Source: Tubiluchus corallicola
Lineage: Eukaryota; Animalia; Priapulida
DNA: 64,000 nt
Reading direction: 5' to 3'
Assembly: GCA_030141605.1 (NCBI GenBank)
Contig: JAQGDQ010000375.1
Location: 62,001 to 126,000 of the forward strand
Positions 23,566 through 37,150 of this stretch are shown here, in pieces; position 1 is the first letter of the stretch, and each line of letters begins with the position of its first letter. The notes beneath the pieces are model-generated. The model was not told the DNA's origin. It saw only the letters and a program-made list of their open reading frames with translations, and searched no databases. The translations under genes were made by a program, and so were the position numbers.

Positions 23566-26500
23566 AGCAGATATTTTATTCAGTCTTATTTATTACGAGC
23601 CGTCTCTATTGAACATTGAACTTCGTGCAATATATACACAACAAATAGCAGGAAATATTACCTAAAATTTAAAAGTAGTTTTACGTATCAGATTATAACT
23701 ATATGTTATTTTTACGTTGTTACAAAATAAAGTTATATCGTATTTTAGTTGTTTTATTTACTTAAAGCGGAAAAGCAAGAGCTAGCTAATATTGTCTAAG
23801 TAATCTTTTATAAAAGTTCTGGATTCTGTTAAATAATAGCCTTCGATGCAACTACCAAAGATATGTATGATAATTTACCACAGTGCCCAACTTATAAGGA
23901 ATTATTTCTATACAGTTAAACATCATTTATAGATGTAATTGGTAGGTCATTGAGTAGCCGTACGGTTTGTCCTTCTCTACCGTCGGTCACTGGAAACTGC
24001 AAAAACAAGAAAATTCTGGACTTGGACTAGATAATTTTTTATGCTTTTGTGCTCGCCTGGCTTTATATTGCGGTGATATTCACCATACATGACCAAAGAT
24101 AATTATCACGTTTTGAGTTAATGACCTTGATTTCAGATGATTTGTGACGTAATGTAACATTGTGTGAGTATGTTACATCTAACAACTAGATTCCAATTCA
24201 CCACTGCATTGCGTCAGTTAAATTATTTTAGCTATATCATTTTTTGGCTTTTGACACCAGATCTTTATCATATCAAGGCTTTATTACCTTATTGTAATAA
24301 TACAAATAAAAAACGCTAGGTCAGATCGTTCCATAGGAAATACATAAAAACATAATACATACTATTTACAGAGATGTACAATATTCATCTGTGACAGTAT
24401 TAAAAAGTAATAGTGAAAAAATAATAAAAAACTAAGATTACAAACATCTTTCTAATCACATGCGCAATGTCCGATATACGTCACTATTTATTAAATTACT
24501 TAAAACTGCAATCTGACGATTGTAAGATTGATTAAATTGTAAATACATTTCCTTTCAAGCACTTTAAAAGTGGCATATTTATTTATACACATAACTGCGT
24601 TAGAAGTGACACATTGAAAATTTCAACCATTCCCGTCTTGTGTACTTTTATAAAAATTAGGCATATAGAAATATTCCTCAAAGAGATAGCCCATATATAG
24701 TTCTGATAAATGAGCAAAAATTCCACCCAAAGTTACTTATCCGACCTCTTACAGATACTTAATCGTGGCGCACGCCTTAAACACTTAAGTGTACACTTTT
24801 ACAAACCAATTGTTGTTTTTGTTATGCAAGAGACGTAAAAAGCAACATGTCTAAAAGTTAATGCGGCAGAAAGTTATTTGATCATTTTTTTGCTAGTATA
24901 TAAGGTGCATAGAGGTCTTCAATATTCTTTTGTAGGGGAATCTTGCCTTTAGTAAACGTTTCTTTCACTGTTGACTAAATCTTTCTTGTTTATTAGTTTG
25001 TAAAGTAATGTATTTAATAGTGGTTCTATAAACAAACACACATATTCCGCAGCGCTTATATTATTGAAGAATGTAACATACCACACGTATCTCTGCGATA
25101 TGATATTATAACAGCCGTTAATAAAAAATGAAATTCGGGTTATTTTGTTGTCAGTTTTTTCTTATTTCCAAACAAGAAAGTCACTTCGAAAAATATCAGC
25201 AAAAAACTTGCAGCTTAGTAAACATTGAGCAAATGAAAACTTTTGTCTTGTAATGTAAAGCAATTATCATTATCTTACAGTACTTTTTAGTGTGTTTTTG
25301 TATAACGAAGAGCTCAAGATACTGCTGTAATTTACAAATTTCCTTTTTAATTAACCGCAGCACTATTAAACCATTACAAACACTAAACGTGATCTGTTTT
25401 ATTATTATAAACTTCGCTTTTACTGGTTGATTTTCTATTCCATGCGTTCTAGAAAATGCAGGTATGAAACCTGTAAATACCTGTAATTAGCGTACTAATT
25501 TTCGAAAAACCGTGCCATTAAAACAGCTAAGTGAGCGCTGCTAACAATTAACTCAGAATATGGACATTTAATTAGAAACTAGTGTAATCATATTACAAGT
25601 TTGATTTACAGCAAGAAAAATTTTTAACACAAATATTTCATTTTAAAAATAAGCACAAGAGATTATGGTGCAATCCTTAATTAATCGAGAATAACTATGA
25701 TAAAAACCGAGGAGCACAATACCCACGTATGAAATGTCTACGTTATCAGTATGATAGATTGACCCTTTTTAATAATATTGAATATTAGTTTCACTTTATT
25801 TTCTGTCATACCAAATGACGATGACAAATTTGTCTTTATAATGAGTAGTCAAGATATCGAATTATGCAAGATAATAGTAGCTTTTCTGGAATCATCCTTT
25901 CAGACTAGGAATCAGTTATTGTCTAAACAAAATCTAGATACAATGGTGTAATACTACTTTATGCAACATGTCGTGATATCTATTTTTAATATTCGTATGA
26001 ATTAATTGTTATTTGTTCTGTACGCTCGAGCCACAATATTCTTTTGTAAGGGGATTTTGTCTCTATTAAATGTCTCTTCCACTACAGCTTAAATCTGTCT
26101 TGTTTATTTGTTTGTATGTAAGTAATGTGTATAATGGTGGCTTAACAAACAAACACATACTAAGATTGTATAGGGCATCGACTTTGATCGAACAGAATGA
26201 CCAAAACATTTATAATTACAAAAACTTACCATAATCTAACCTAACCTAATTTTACTGAGCGTTTGTGACATAACGGGGATGCATCGTGTACTCCTAATAA
26301 ATAAATAAAAAACTAATGATCCAAAAAAACTTGCGCCTTTTCTGCTTACTGATCTAAATGCAAACTTAGTTAAATAAGAAAAAAGAAAAAGCAAATTCCC
26401 TCTCTCTAGGGGGAGTAGGAAAGCTACTCTCCACATTACGCACGATGTGTAGGAGCAAAAGTCTGGAAAGGCAAGACTATGGTTAGCATTGATATTTCAA

Positions 26501-26825
26501 CAAGTTTAACGAGGAACTGAAATACAGCCCAGTACATAATGAAGTACCATAATAAAAAGGTTAGTTGAACTTTGCAGATTAATAATCTGACTAAATGCAT
26601 CAAGCTGCACAGAAAAGGTAATTGTAACTGAATGAACTTGTCACTTGTTCACTGCAGGTAATGGCTAGTCTGGCTTTATAGATGACAGCAAATGACTAAT
26701 AGCCACTATTCATCAATTTGCTGTAGTCATTTCAAGGAAGTTTTATGCAAGAGCGGATAATAATAGAGAACATAGTGGCGACTTATTGACCAAAGCCGAA
26801 GCGTTGTTATAAGCCAAGGTGTGCA

Positions 26826-26833
26826 AGAGAAAA

Positions 26834-26872
<39 letters not shown>

Positions 26873-27015
26873 AGACAAAAGAGAAGGGTAGAGACAGAGA
26901 GAGAGGAAAAAGAGAGCGGGGTGAAGGGGAGAGAAAGAGAGAGAAAAAGAAAGAAAGAGAAAGGAGGAAGGGAGAGAGAGAGAGAGAGAAAGAGAGAGAA
27001 AGGGAGAGAGAGAGA
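26826..27015. repeat. GA-rich microsatellite
   Basis: Direct reading. Confidence 0.9.
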
Positions 27016-27758
27016 TTTGTAGATGAAGAATAAAAGTCGAGATGATTTTGAAACAGTGTTGACAGCCTTGCCTTTTCGGTCTATTACATGGACATCGTTC
27101 ATATAGTTTGTTCTGCTCCCAGCTACAACCGTCTACATTACGCAGGGACTGTAGAACCACATAAGAATGCGATTTGATATCTAAACCTTACAATATGTCC
27201 TGTAGTGGTTTCGCAGAAAATGAAGCTCGTTAAACATAACCAAATCAAATATGACATATTACGTAGGTATGCATGAACTATGAACTATTGTAGGCATGCT
27301 ATTAGGCAGGTGGGCGTGCTTAAAATACTACTAAACTGGAATATGGATCTTAGACTCTGAGTGAATTAAGGTGCTAACTGATTTGTAATTTGTCTTGTTG
27401 TGGTCACAAAGCCTTTTTCTGTAGAGCTCATTTTTCTATAATACTTCATTGATATCAGCGTGTTTTTTATTTTTGTTAAACATATTAAACTGTAGTAAAA
27501 AATCTAAATAGTTTATAGCAACAAAGATGAGACTAAAATAACAAAACAATTTATTTTATGAATAAAACATGACCTGTACAAGTTTGCGTTTGCGTAAGCA
27601 AGGTCTAGCTCACATTGCTGCCGGATTCATTAAAGTACCTTGCCCATTGCGCATGTCTGCAGACATGTATCTTCTTCACATTTAGTAAAGTAATAAGAGA
27701 GCTTACATTTCAACAAGTTAACAAGCCAGACTGGTTCTAGCCCTGAGCATCACATGAC

Positions 27759-28859
27759 ATGTCGTGCAAAACAAAAGTAAAACCAATCCACAGGATGCCG
27801 TGCAAGTCGCCATTTTTGATAGAAGAAGGAACAGAAAAGGTTGTCGCAAAACCAAAGAAAAACTGCGACGAACACGATCTTAAGATAGTTACTGGAAGAT
27901 ATTCCAAGTTTTCATTTATGGATGAGATCTCGTCGCTTGCTTGCGTGATGAAAATTTGTGGTATATTTCCATTCGCTTTGTCTAAGTTCTCAGCGTTTCA
28001 TCTTTGGCATTCGGTCGCCTTTATACCAATTATCTTTGTGGCTTTAATTGGTCAGTGTTTGATTCTAATTCGTGACATGGCTGATCAAGTGTCTTTTGCT
28101 GATCACACTACAGAGATTGTCTTCTGGACTGAAGCTTTGTTCATCCTTATCATGCTAATTTCTTTGAGGTATAAGTTTCCAGTATTTCTGAATCATCTAA
28201 ACGATTACGTCAAAGTGTTTTCAACACAAGAATCTAAGAGCATAAAGGAATTTTTTAGAAAGCTAAACATTTGGCTATTCATATTTTTATCAGTTAATCT
28301 CTTGGCGGCCATTTTCGTCATTACGTTATTTTCTGTCAGCGGGTACAAGATGGAGGAAATACCCCTGGCAGCTTTTGGGTCGCGTCTTCAAGTCTGGCAA
28401 GCACCGTGGAGAGGCATTTGGCTTGTTTTGTTTTACATATTTGCAATGAATTCCTATCTTCTAATTGACCTACCACAGATTCTGGTTGTTACTATTTGTT
28501 TCTTTTTGGCATCAGAAATGGATCATCTAAATAAAGAACTTGAGATTTTAGTAAATGCTCATGAGAACAGTGAGAAAGTTAGTATTGCTAAACAAAATAT
28601 TTCATTGTCACTGCAAGAAAAAATTTCATCTATAAGAAGGCGTCATCAAGAACTGTGCAAAGTAATCAGCGCCGCAGATTTAATGTTTTCCAGTATTACT
28701 ATGGTGAAATATACAGCTGACTGCCTATTCTTCCTAATGGCTGTGTACTTAGCTATCTACCAAGGTATTAATATGTCTGATGCATATGTAGTGGAAATGG
28801 TTGAAACAACGCTATATTTCATTCTGTACTCGTATGCGCTGTCCAACTTGAGTACTAAG
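27759..28859 (+). CDS. GR-like exon 1 (367 codons)
   Basis: Long hydrophobic ORF; donor AAG|gtaagg. Confidence 0.85.
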
Positions 28860-31800
28860 GTAAGGAGCTTTAATCTTGCTGAATTGTACTAGGATATTAT
28901 TTCATTGATAAATACATTTCCAAATTTCTGGTCAGTAAGTAATTAGGTAGTTAGGTAGGTAGGGAGATAGGTAGTTGGGTAGATAGGTAGGTAGGTAGGT
29001 AGGTAGGTAGGTAGGTAGGTATGTAGGTAGGTAGGTAGGTAGGTATGTAGGTAGGTAGGTAGGTAGGTAGGTAGGTAGGTAGGTAGGTAGGTAGCTAAAT
29101 ATGTAGGTAGGTAGGCATAACTGAACAGAATGGATCTCGTTGTAAACAAAAATAAAACTGAAGAGTTTCACATAACACGCCATGGTGATGAATCATGGCA
29201 AAGATGCAAGTATCTCGGTAGTCTGCTGGCAACAGAACACGACATATCAAGACGGAAGATAATGGCATCGTCAGCTTACTCAAAACTCACAAAAGTTCTT
29301 GAGAATAGGAAGATTTCTTTGAAAACAAAAATTAGAATATTCTCAGCCTTAGTTGAAACTGTATTTCTGTATAACTCTGAGCTCTGGACATTAAAAGCAA
29401 ATCGTCAAGCTGAAATCGACGCATTTCAAAGGCGAAATTACAGAAACATTTTGGGTATTAGATGGCCAAAGAAAATTTCAAACAAAGATCTATATGAAAA
29501 AATAAAAGAAGAACCTTGGACAAGAAAAATAAAAAGACGCCGTTTAAGATGGATTGGGCATATGCTTAGACTACCTGATGATATTCCAGTGAAGATAGCT
29601 CTTCAACAAGCCATAGAACCAGCTAAAAAACCTGCAGGAGGACAAATGTTAACATATTTAGATTTTGCACAGAAAGATTTAAACACTTCAGCATTGATCC
29701 TTAGAAATAAATGTGCTTGGGGCATTGCGGCGAGCAGGGAGTCCTGGCATAGGGAGGTGAGCAGAATCATGTCACTGGACATGTGATTCATTGGATGATG
29801 ATATATAGGTAGGCAAGTAAGTAACTAGGTAGGTAGGTAGGTAAGCAGGCAGGCAGGCAGGCAAGCCGGTAGCTAGGTAGCAGCAAACAGCAAATAAACA
29901 CAATATTAGAAAGCTACAAACAGACAAAGTGAGACGCGTGCATAGATAAAAGACTGACAGGCTAGCAGGTATGTTAATTACAAAGCAGGTAGGTAAATAG
30001 ATTGATCAGTAGACAGGCAGACGCAGGCACACAAATGAAAAAATGTAATGACGGAACAGCAGATGGACAGACAGGGATACGGACGGACAACCATGTTCGG
30101 CTGAGAAACGTCGGTAATGAAATGTCCATTGCCCAATGTCCTACAGCTCAAGTGCGCTGCCCGTGTGTCCACTCCTAGAAGACCCACTGTCCAAACGTCC
30201 ACTACCCACAGGTTCAGTGTCCAAAGCCCAAATGTGTTCTGCCGCAATGACCGCGACTAATGCATCTACTGGTACTGGTATTCCAATATTACGAATACAG
30301 GTAAAAAGGATTGACCAATCAGAGGCTTTGAAAGTGCTTTTATAATATTTTGAACACAACCGTCAGTTAGCACGCTTGCAAACTTTCTAGCAAGTAAAAG
30401 GTCAATTGTTGGTAGCCTTAGCCCCGTAGGTAATCAATAAATGTACGATACGCATAAGTTAAGTTATCTGTTTTTAGCTACCGCGTCGAAAATTGTAGCA
30501 TTTCAATTACCTAAATATTTTTATTATTTTTATTTAAAAACCTGTTAATTAATAAGCTTTAACAAAACAATAGAGCTGTCATTTGAAACTCTAAATTTTA
30601 TAAGATATACAATCGCAACCACTGATCGCGTGCAATTCATTGAATAATTGGAAAAATATAAACCTGAACCTGCCACTATCATTAAATGACTACTACCGTC
30701 AGAGATAACGATTACCATCAGTTATCACTGCTACCATTAGTGATGAGTTTAAGTTTGTATAAAGCATAAAATCCATATAAATGAGTGATCGAATGCCGTA
30801 CAGAAAAAATACATAAACATATTGTTCATGTTCATATTGTTGTGGTATCCCTATAACCATATTGCGTATGCGTCAGCTAGATACCCTTCTATGATATTTT
30901 GACATCTCGTTGCTGTTCCTATCTTTTATTAGTATTTATTATCCTAATAAACTAATATCCGTATGACTTAATGCGTTGAAACTTTGTCATGGTGGCCGCA
31001 GTAAAAACCACAGTGAACAGAAAATTTATTAACTGCCACGTGAAAACAGCGAAAATTCATCGGAAATGCTACAATGCTACTATCGCTACTATCAGCTAAC
31101 ATTCGAAGAGTGCCAGGTTGAACGACGTCGTTGCCATCTCAATCGGGAGTACGTGCTAACTTAGCAAAAATTTCCATTGTCGTCGAAACAAATCATCTTC
31201 AATGTCTACAATAGATGGAATGATCTTTGAAGAAAGGGCAGCACATTGAATAGAAACTTTTAGCCTGTAGTGCAGTGGTTCCCAAACTTTCTCGGACCAT
31301 TACCCAAATCAGGAAACCCTGTCGTGTCCATTACCCCCCACCTAGTACTACTTCTCCAACTCAAAAAGTAAACACACGTATATGCCACAAGCAAGCAAAA
31401 TCAAGAAGAAAACTACGTAAAATGCATTCCGAGCGAAGTTTTAAAAATTTTCAGAGGGTGCCCGTTACCCCCCCCCCCCCAAAAAAACATATTACCCCCG
31501 GGGGGGGGGTAATTTACCCCTACTTTGGGAACCACTGCTGTAGTGTATGATACAACTAGGGTGTCGTTGACTGAAGACAGCCTGTGCAGTAAACTGGGCG
31601 CGAATCAAGAACCGTGTAACGATTCACAATGGCTTCGAAAACACCATTTATGGACTGGATGGTTCCAGATTTAGCTAACATAATCCTCATAATTTAGAAA
31701 ATATTACCTTGTACCAACAACGGCGAGGTTATACTTGGAAGACGAGAGCAGAAGCACAAGCCGCAAGATTTGGGAAAAATCACAAGATGACGCTTACGAC

Positions 31801-34800
31801 GACTAAACCCAAGCGGTTTGACAGACCAGCAAAAAAGAACTCCAGAACAATTATGGACATTTATTGAAAGCCAGTTAAAGGTCAGTGGGAACTTTCGTAT
31901 ACAAAGGCTTCGTCTAATTCGTTATAAGCAACGTGCAAGTGAGTCGTTGGACGAGTTTGTGACCCCTGCTCGAACATTAGCACGAAAGTGCGAATTTTCC
32001 TACGAAGAACTCAAGCGCCTACTGGAATTAATTATTGCGTGTACCTCCCATGGCGTTCTCAGAAAGGACTTGTTGGGTAAGTTAAAAGGTTTTTCAATTA
32101 AGGGCACATTAACTGAAAACCGTAAATACAAATCATGTTATGCTGGCAACAAGCAACTACGGCAAATATCACAAAGCAGGGAAGCAATACATGCATATCA
32201 CTGGACTTAGCGGAAAAGAATGTAGAAAAGTTTGGTACAAGTAAGTTTGATAAAGTTTGGTACAGGTAATTTTGGTACGACGAAAATTTGGTACTACGAA
32301 AGTTTGGTTCTGGAAAATTTGGTGGTAAACGAAAAAGAGAGCATTTTTATATCTCAGTATAAAATAATTGTTTCGACTAGAAAATAAAGAAGTTCTTCAG
32401 CAGGGATCAAATATGGTACTAGAAAAGTTTGATTTATTAAAAAGTTTATAAAATATTATGCTGTAATTTATAATGCATGGCAGCTGAATTTTTAACCTAT
32501 CCATGAAGGTACATTTCAGGAAAAAGGCGAAAGGTCTTAAACTCTCCGTGTAAATTTTCTAAAAAGCTTGTTTGTTCGAGAAAATGATCACTTTCTCTGT
32601 TTTTTTTACAAAAATTATCAAACTGAGATAAGAACATGGCAGTGATGGCTAATGATATCACCGGACAGAGACTTCCTGCATAAGAATAGTTTGGCTTCCC
32701 GTGAGTGCCACAGAACACAGTATGGAGTGAGAAATGTACTTCTTGATGATGATGATAATGAAGAAGAAGGTGACAATGATGGGCTCATTTTCTCACCTTC
32801 CACCGTCCTTCCCATAAAAGCATTTTGCATAAAATCGGAGCTTAATTTAAATCATTGGAATTATCAAAAGTGCCGCAAATGTGCCACATAGTGTAGTGCC
32901 AGCAGTAACTACTGTATGCTGTAGTAATCACTGTTATTCTCGCTTTTGCTACAAATGTCATAGCCATTGCCACTGTCAACATCATCCTCAGGGTCGTCTT
33001 TGCCATCATCACTGTTATCATTATCGTCGTTATTATCATCATCACTGGCGTCATCGAGGTCATCATTAATGTTATTGCCATCACTTACTGTAATCACTCA
33101 TCGTTATTTGTTGACAGCAGCAACAGTAACAGTGATGATGGCGATGATAATTATTATGTTCACTACTATGAATATTAACAGCAGCAATAACAATACCAAC
33201 AGCAAAAACGACAACAACAGCAGCAACAGCAACAACATGACAGCAATAATGGTGGTGGTGGTGGTAGCAGTAACCACAACAAAAGAATGAGCAAGAAACA
33301 GACAAACAACGGACAAACAAAAAGAGGAAGTGAACAAAAACAAATAAATATTAACAAAACAACAATATGTGGCCCTATAACTTGTTCGAGTAGGTTATAT
33401 AAAATTCATATGTACTCATATATTCATATAAGTTTATATTAATTAAACTGAATTTGAAATAAAGAAACAAATAAAATATATTTTCATAGTACCGAACTTT
33501 CCTTTTACCGAACTTTCTCTTTACCGAATTTTCCTAGTACCAAACTTTCTGAGTACTAAACTTTCCTAGCATCAAACTTGTTCCGTACCATTTTTTCTTG
33601 TACCAAAAATACTTGACAAAACTTCGTTAGTACCATATTTACCAGTACCGTACTTACTCTGTACTAAATTTACATTGGTCAGTTTACGTTGACCATCAGT
33701 ACTGACTGCTACCATCAGTGATGGCTACTATCAGTGGTGACCTGAAACCTACTCTAGGTAGCCCTTTTCTTGTTCTTCAAAGATAGACATCGTTGCATAA
33801 TTCAGTACTACTCAGAATATTTAAAGAATTGTACGATGAACGAGCAATAAAAAATATGTAGCCCGTTAAAGGTGTCAAACTGACAGTGTACAATGGTCAT
33901 GACGTGTTTGTGCAGCATTGTGATACTAAGCCGGTACCAAAGATGGCAAATTTAGTGCAGTGGACGTAACAGGATCTGCCATCATTAGGTTGCCGACAAG
34001 TGAGATGCTAAAATTGTCATAATCAACGTTGATGGTGTCGACTCTAAACTAAGCAGTGCACACAAATGCCAGATCCAAGCAAATCAATACTGAAAAGGAG
34101 TCCAATGAGAAGCAGTGCCAGGGTTACAATTAAACCGAAAACCATCATGACACGTGTCGACCATCTGAAGAGAGTGTATCCAAACCAATTTGACAAAATA
34201 GGTAGTTTTGCTGGTACCGCTAAGCTTTTTGAAGGAAAATTCACAACCATTCGTGCAACAGCCACGCAAGTTTAGCAATAGGCTCAAGTCCGTCGAACAA
34301 TGCCTTTGTACAAAAGGTGTTTGTCAAGCCAGGTCAAGTAGGGCTAAAGTACGCAGGGAGCTCTTCCCATCAACTTCAACCAAAACTGAAACTACAGGTG
34401 GAGCCACTTTGCTGCTAGCACAACTGCTAGAAGCCTCTGATTTGCATTGTATTGACGCATTTTCTTCTTCCTTTCATCATGTTTTTAGATGGTGACATTT
34501 TCTCCAAGGCAGCATTGCAGTACACAGGAATGCTTATGTCTGCAACCTTCTACGTCGCATCTTGCTTTGAACCATCGAGCTGCCCTGTGTTTTTCTTTAA
34601 TTTAACAATTGAAGCAATGACTTTCTTGGTATTATTTATCAACTTAAATTTGTTGCATAGCCTGAGTGAACGATGTTCCATAGAGTTACATAGAAAACAA
34701 TGTACCTCGGGGTGCTGAGAAGTCAATTTGCTACCACTTCCGGTTGTATTTCCGGGTTGCTGCTCACTATTGTATAATCGACGCATGCGCTGAGCTCGCG

Positions 34801-37088
34801 AAATTCCTGACTTCGGTATCGCATTTATCTTTTGGGCTCCTTGTAGGCTGAGACGCCAAAGACGGGGTGATTCATTTTGTCAGCTGCGTCCTTAATGAAT
34901 TCGACTAGATCGAAAATCGTCAGATTCTTGCGCTCATATTTCAGAAGCCTGGTTACAACATCCTCCCGCCTATCCTGAAGCTCAAACGGCAGTTTTTTCA
35001 TTATTTGTAGCAAGCTGCACTGAGTATTAATTTCGACCCTTCTCTTAAGCAGCTACATCGTGGAAACACCCAGTGGCACAAAATTGCTCCAAAATCACAG
35101 TCACCTATGCGAGTTGGAATATCCACCCAAAGATAGAGTCGTCAGATTAGCTGATGCATGTTTAGAAGCAAATTCTACGACAAACTTGCCTACAAGTCAT
35201 CCACATGATGATTGAAAGTGGTTGAAGCAGATATGTAAAGTAGTCTGGAATTGAACCTTGAGCTGTTACAGGCAAATGATTATGAATAATGGATTTACTG
35301 TGATGCATGGAAATGTTAATTTTGTGTACCTTGTTTCCTTTGCAATACTGCAGCGGTTGTATTGTTGAACTTACCTACCCATTAACAGTTGTCTTAACGT
35401 GTTAGTGAATGTATCAAATTGCTGTAATAAGTTTGATTTGCATTTTGTAGTCAAATTTCAGTGATAAGTTTACCTAGCCCATAACAAAAATATGACTAGC
35501 CTTTTTGATGTTCTCAAAAATTTAAACACTAAGTGCAAACATTCAAAATGTAAAGCGTAAGCAAATGGCAATCAATTATGTTAATACTGGTTATGTGTAA
35601 TTCAATTTATTTTTTCTGTAAATTAACTGTGTATATGGACTAGTATTCAAGAAATAATCCTGTCGGTAACGTTACTATATTGCCATAAGTAGAACATTAG
35701 GTTGAAGTATCTCACATTCCTGTTAAAACATCGATGATCTTTTGTTACTGGTAAACATAAATTCAATATCCACATATAAGCTCGGTTAAGGCCAGTTTGC
35801 ACTTAGTATATTCAAGTTGAACCATTTTACTTGTTAGTAATGCAATTCACGTATAGGCCTGTGTTTGTATGCTTCTGAAAATCTGTTTTATATGCATTGT
35901 ATGTATTGTCATTACCTAAAAGGAAAGGGATGTTGTAGTATCTCTATAATCATATTGTGCATGCGTCAGCTACAGATGACTTTCTCTCTGAAGTGTGCAG
36001 TGTCAGGGTCACGTTTTTGTGATATTATTATCTCTTATTGATGTTTCTATCTTTTGTTAGTATTTTATCCTAATAAACTAATATCCGCATTATTTAATGT
36101 GTTGAAACTGCTTCACATACTAAATTGACAATTTAAAACAGCTGAATAATACAAAATTTCAAAATATAAATTTAGTAAAATTAAAATAAAAATATAAAAA
36201 ACTTATTATGTAATGGCACATATAATGTTCTGTTATAAAATAGTTAATGAAGTTTTACGAAAAAATAGTTTTACCTGCTACCATCAGTGATGACTGCAGC
36301 TACAATCAGTTATAATTGCTACTATCACTGAAGACTGCTACCATCGGTTATAACTGTTGCTATCAGTGATGACTAGTACCATCAGATATAACTGTTACTA
36401 TCAGTGATGAGTGATACCGTCAGTGATAACTGCTGCCACCAGTTATAACTGTTACTATCAGTGATGACTGCTATCATCAACTACAACTGTTACTATCAGT
36501 GATGACTGCTATCATCAACTACAACTGTTACTATCAGTGATGACTGCTACTATCAGTCACGACTGCTGCCATCAGTGATCTGCTACTATAAGTGATAACT
36601 GCTACTATTGATGATGACTGCTACTACCAATGATGACTGCAACTATTGGTGATGACTGCTACTATCAGTGATAACTGCTACCATTAATGAAGACATCTGA
36701 TGAATGACATGCCTTTTATGGAAGTATTTTAGTGACCTCAACGAAATAGTGGTATCTCTAATACATTTCTCACACAGCATCGGCCAAACCGTTGCAAGAT
36801 AACGTATATAGAACCGTTTGATATGTTTGTCCTTTGAAATTTAACGTGTGACTATGGTTTGTGTTTTGTGTGTAATTTTAGACATGTTATCATTTCAGGC
36901 ACATGCGGGATGGTCAACTATACATGACTTGGATATAAGTTGTATATCCTATAAAACTTCCTTGGAGGTCAGTATACTGAGTTACACGAACGAAAAAGAG
37001 AGAAAAAGAGAGGAAGAATAAAGAGAAAGAGGAGAGCGAGAGAAAGAGAAGAGAGGAAGACAGAGGGTGAGGCAGAGAGAGAGACAGA

Positions 37089-37150
<62 letters not shown>

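Larger units (their letters stand above)
30838..36115 (+). mobile_element. Decayed Gypsy-type LTR retrotransposon; LTRs 30838-30989 and 35931-36115
   Basis: Both LTRs TG...CA and share tcctaataaactaatatccg; TGG-starting PBS at 30990; PPT aaaaggaaaggga at 35918-35930; flanks catat/catac (5-bp TSD, one mismatch); gag remnants (PFMDW.. at 31629; 31818-32210), protease/pre-RT remnants (33870-34285), integrase tail SYIVETPSG (~35050). Confidence 0.85.

Noticed and set aside
28860-28892. Treating ORF 27759-28892 as a complete single-exon gene
   Set aside because: Lacks TM7; a strong donor at 28860 and three downstream exons complete the GR signature
28932-29183. (LPTY)n ORFs
   Set aside because: Translation of the (TAGG)n microsatellite
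32842-33357. Cluster of low-complexity ORFs on both strands
   Set aside because: Trinucleotide-rich interior of a non-autonomous transposon
36273-36692. CRISPR-like periodic array
   Set aside because: Head-to-tail degenerate 19-bp units with no unique spacers, eukaryotic intron, no cas genes
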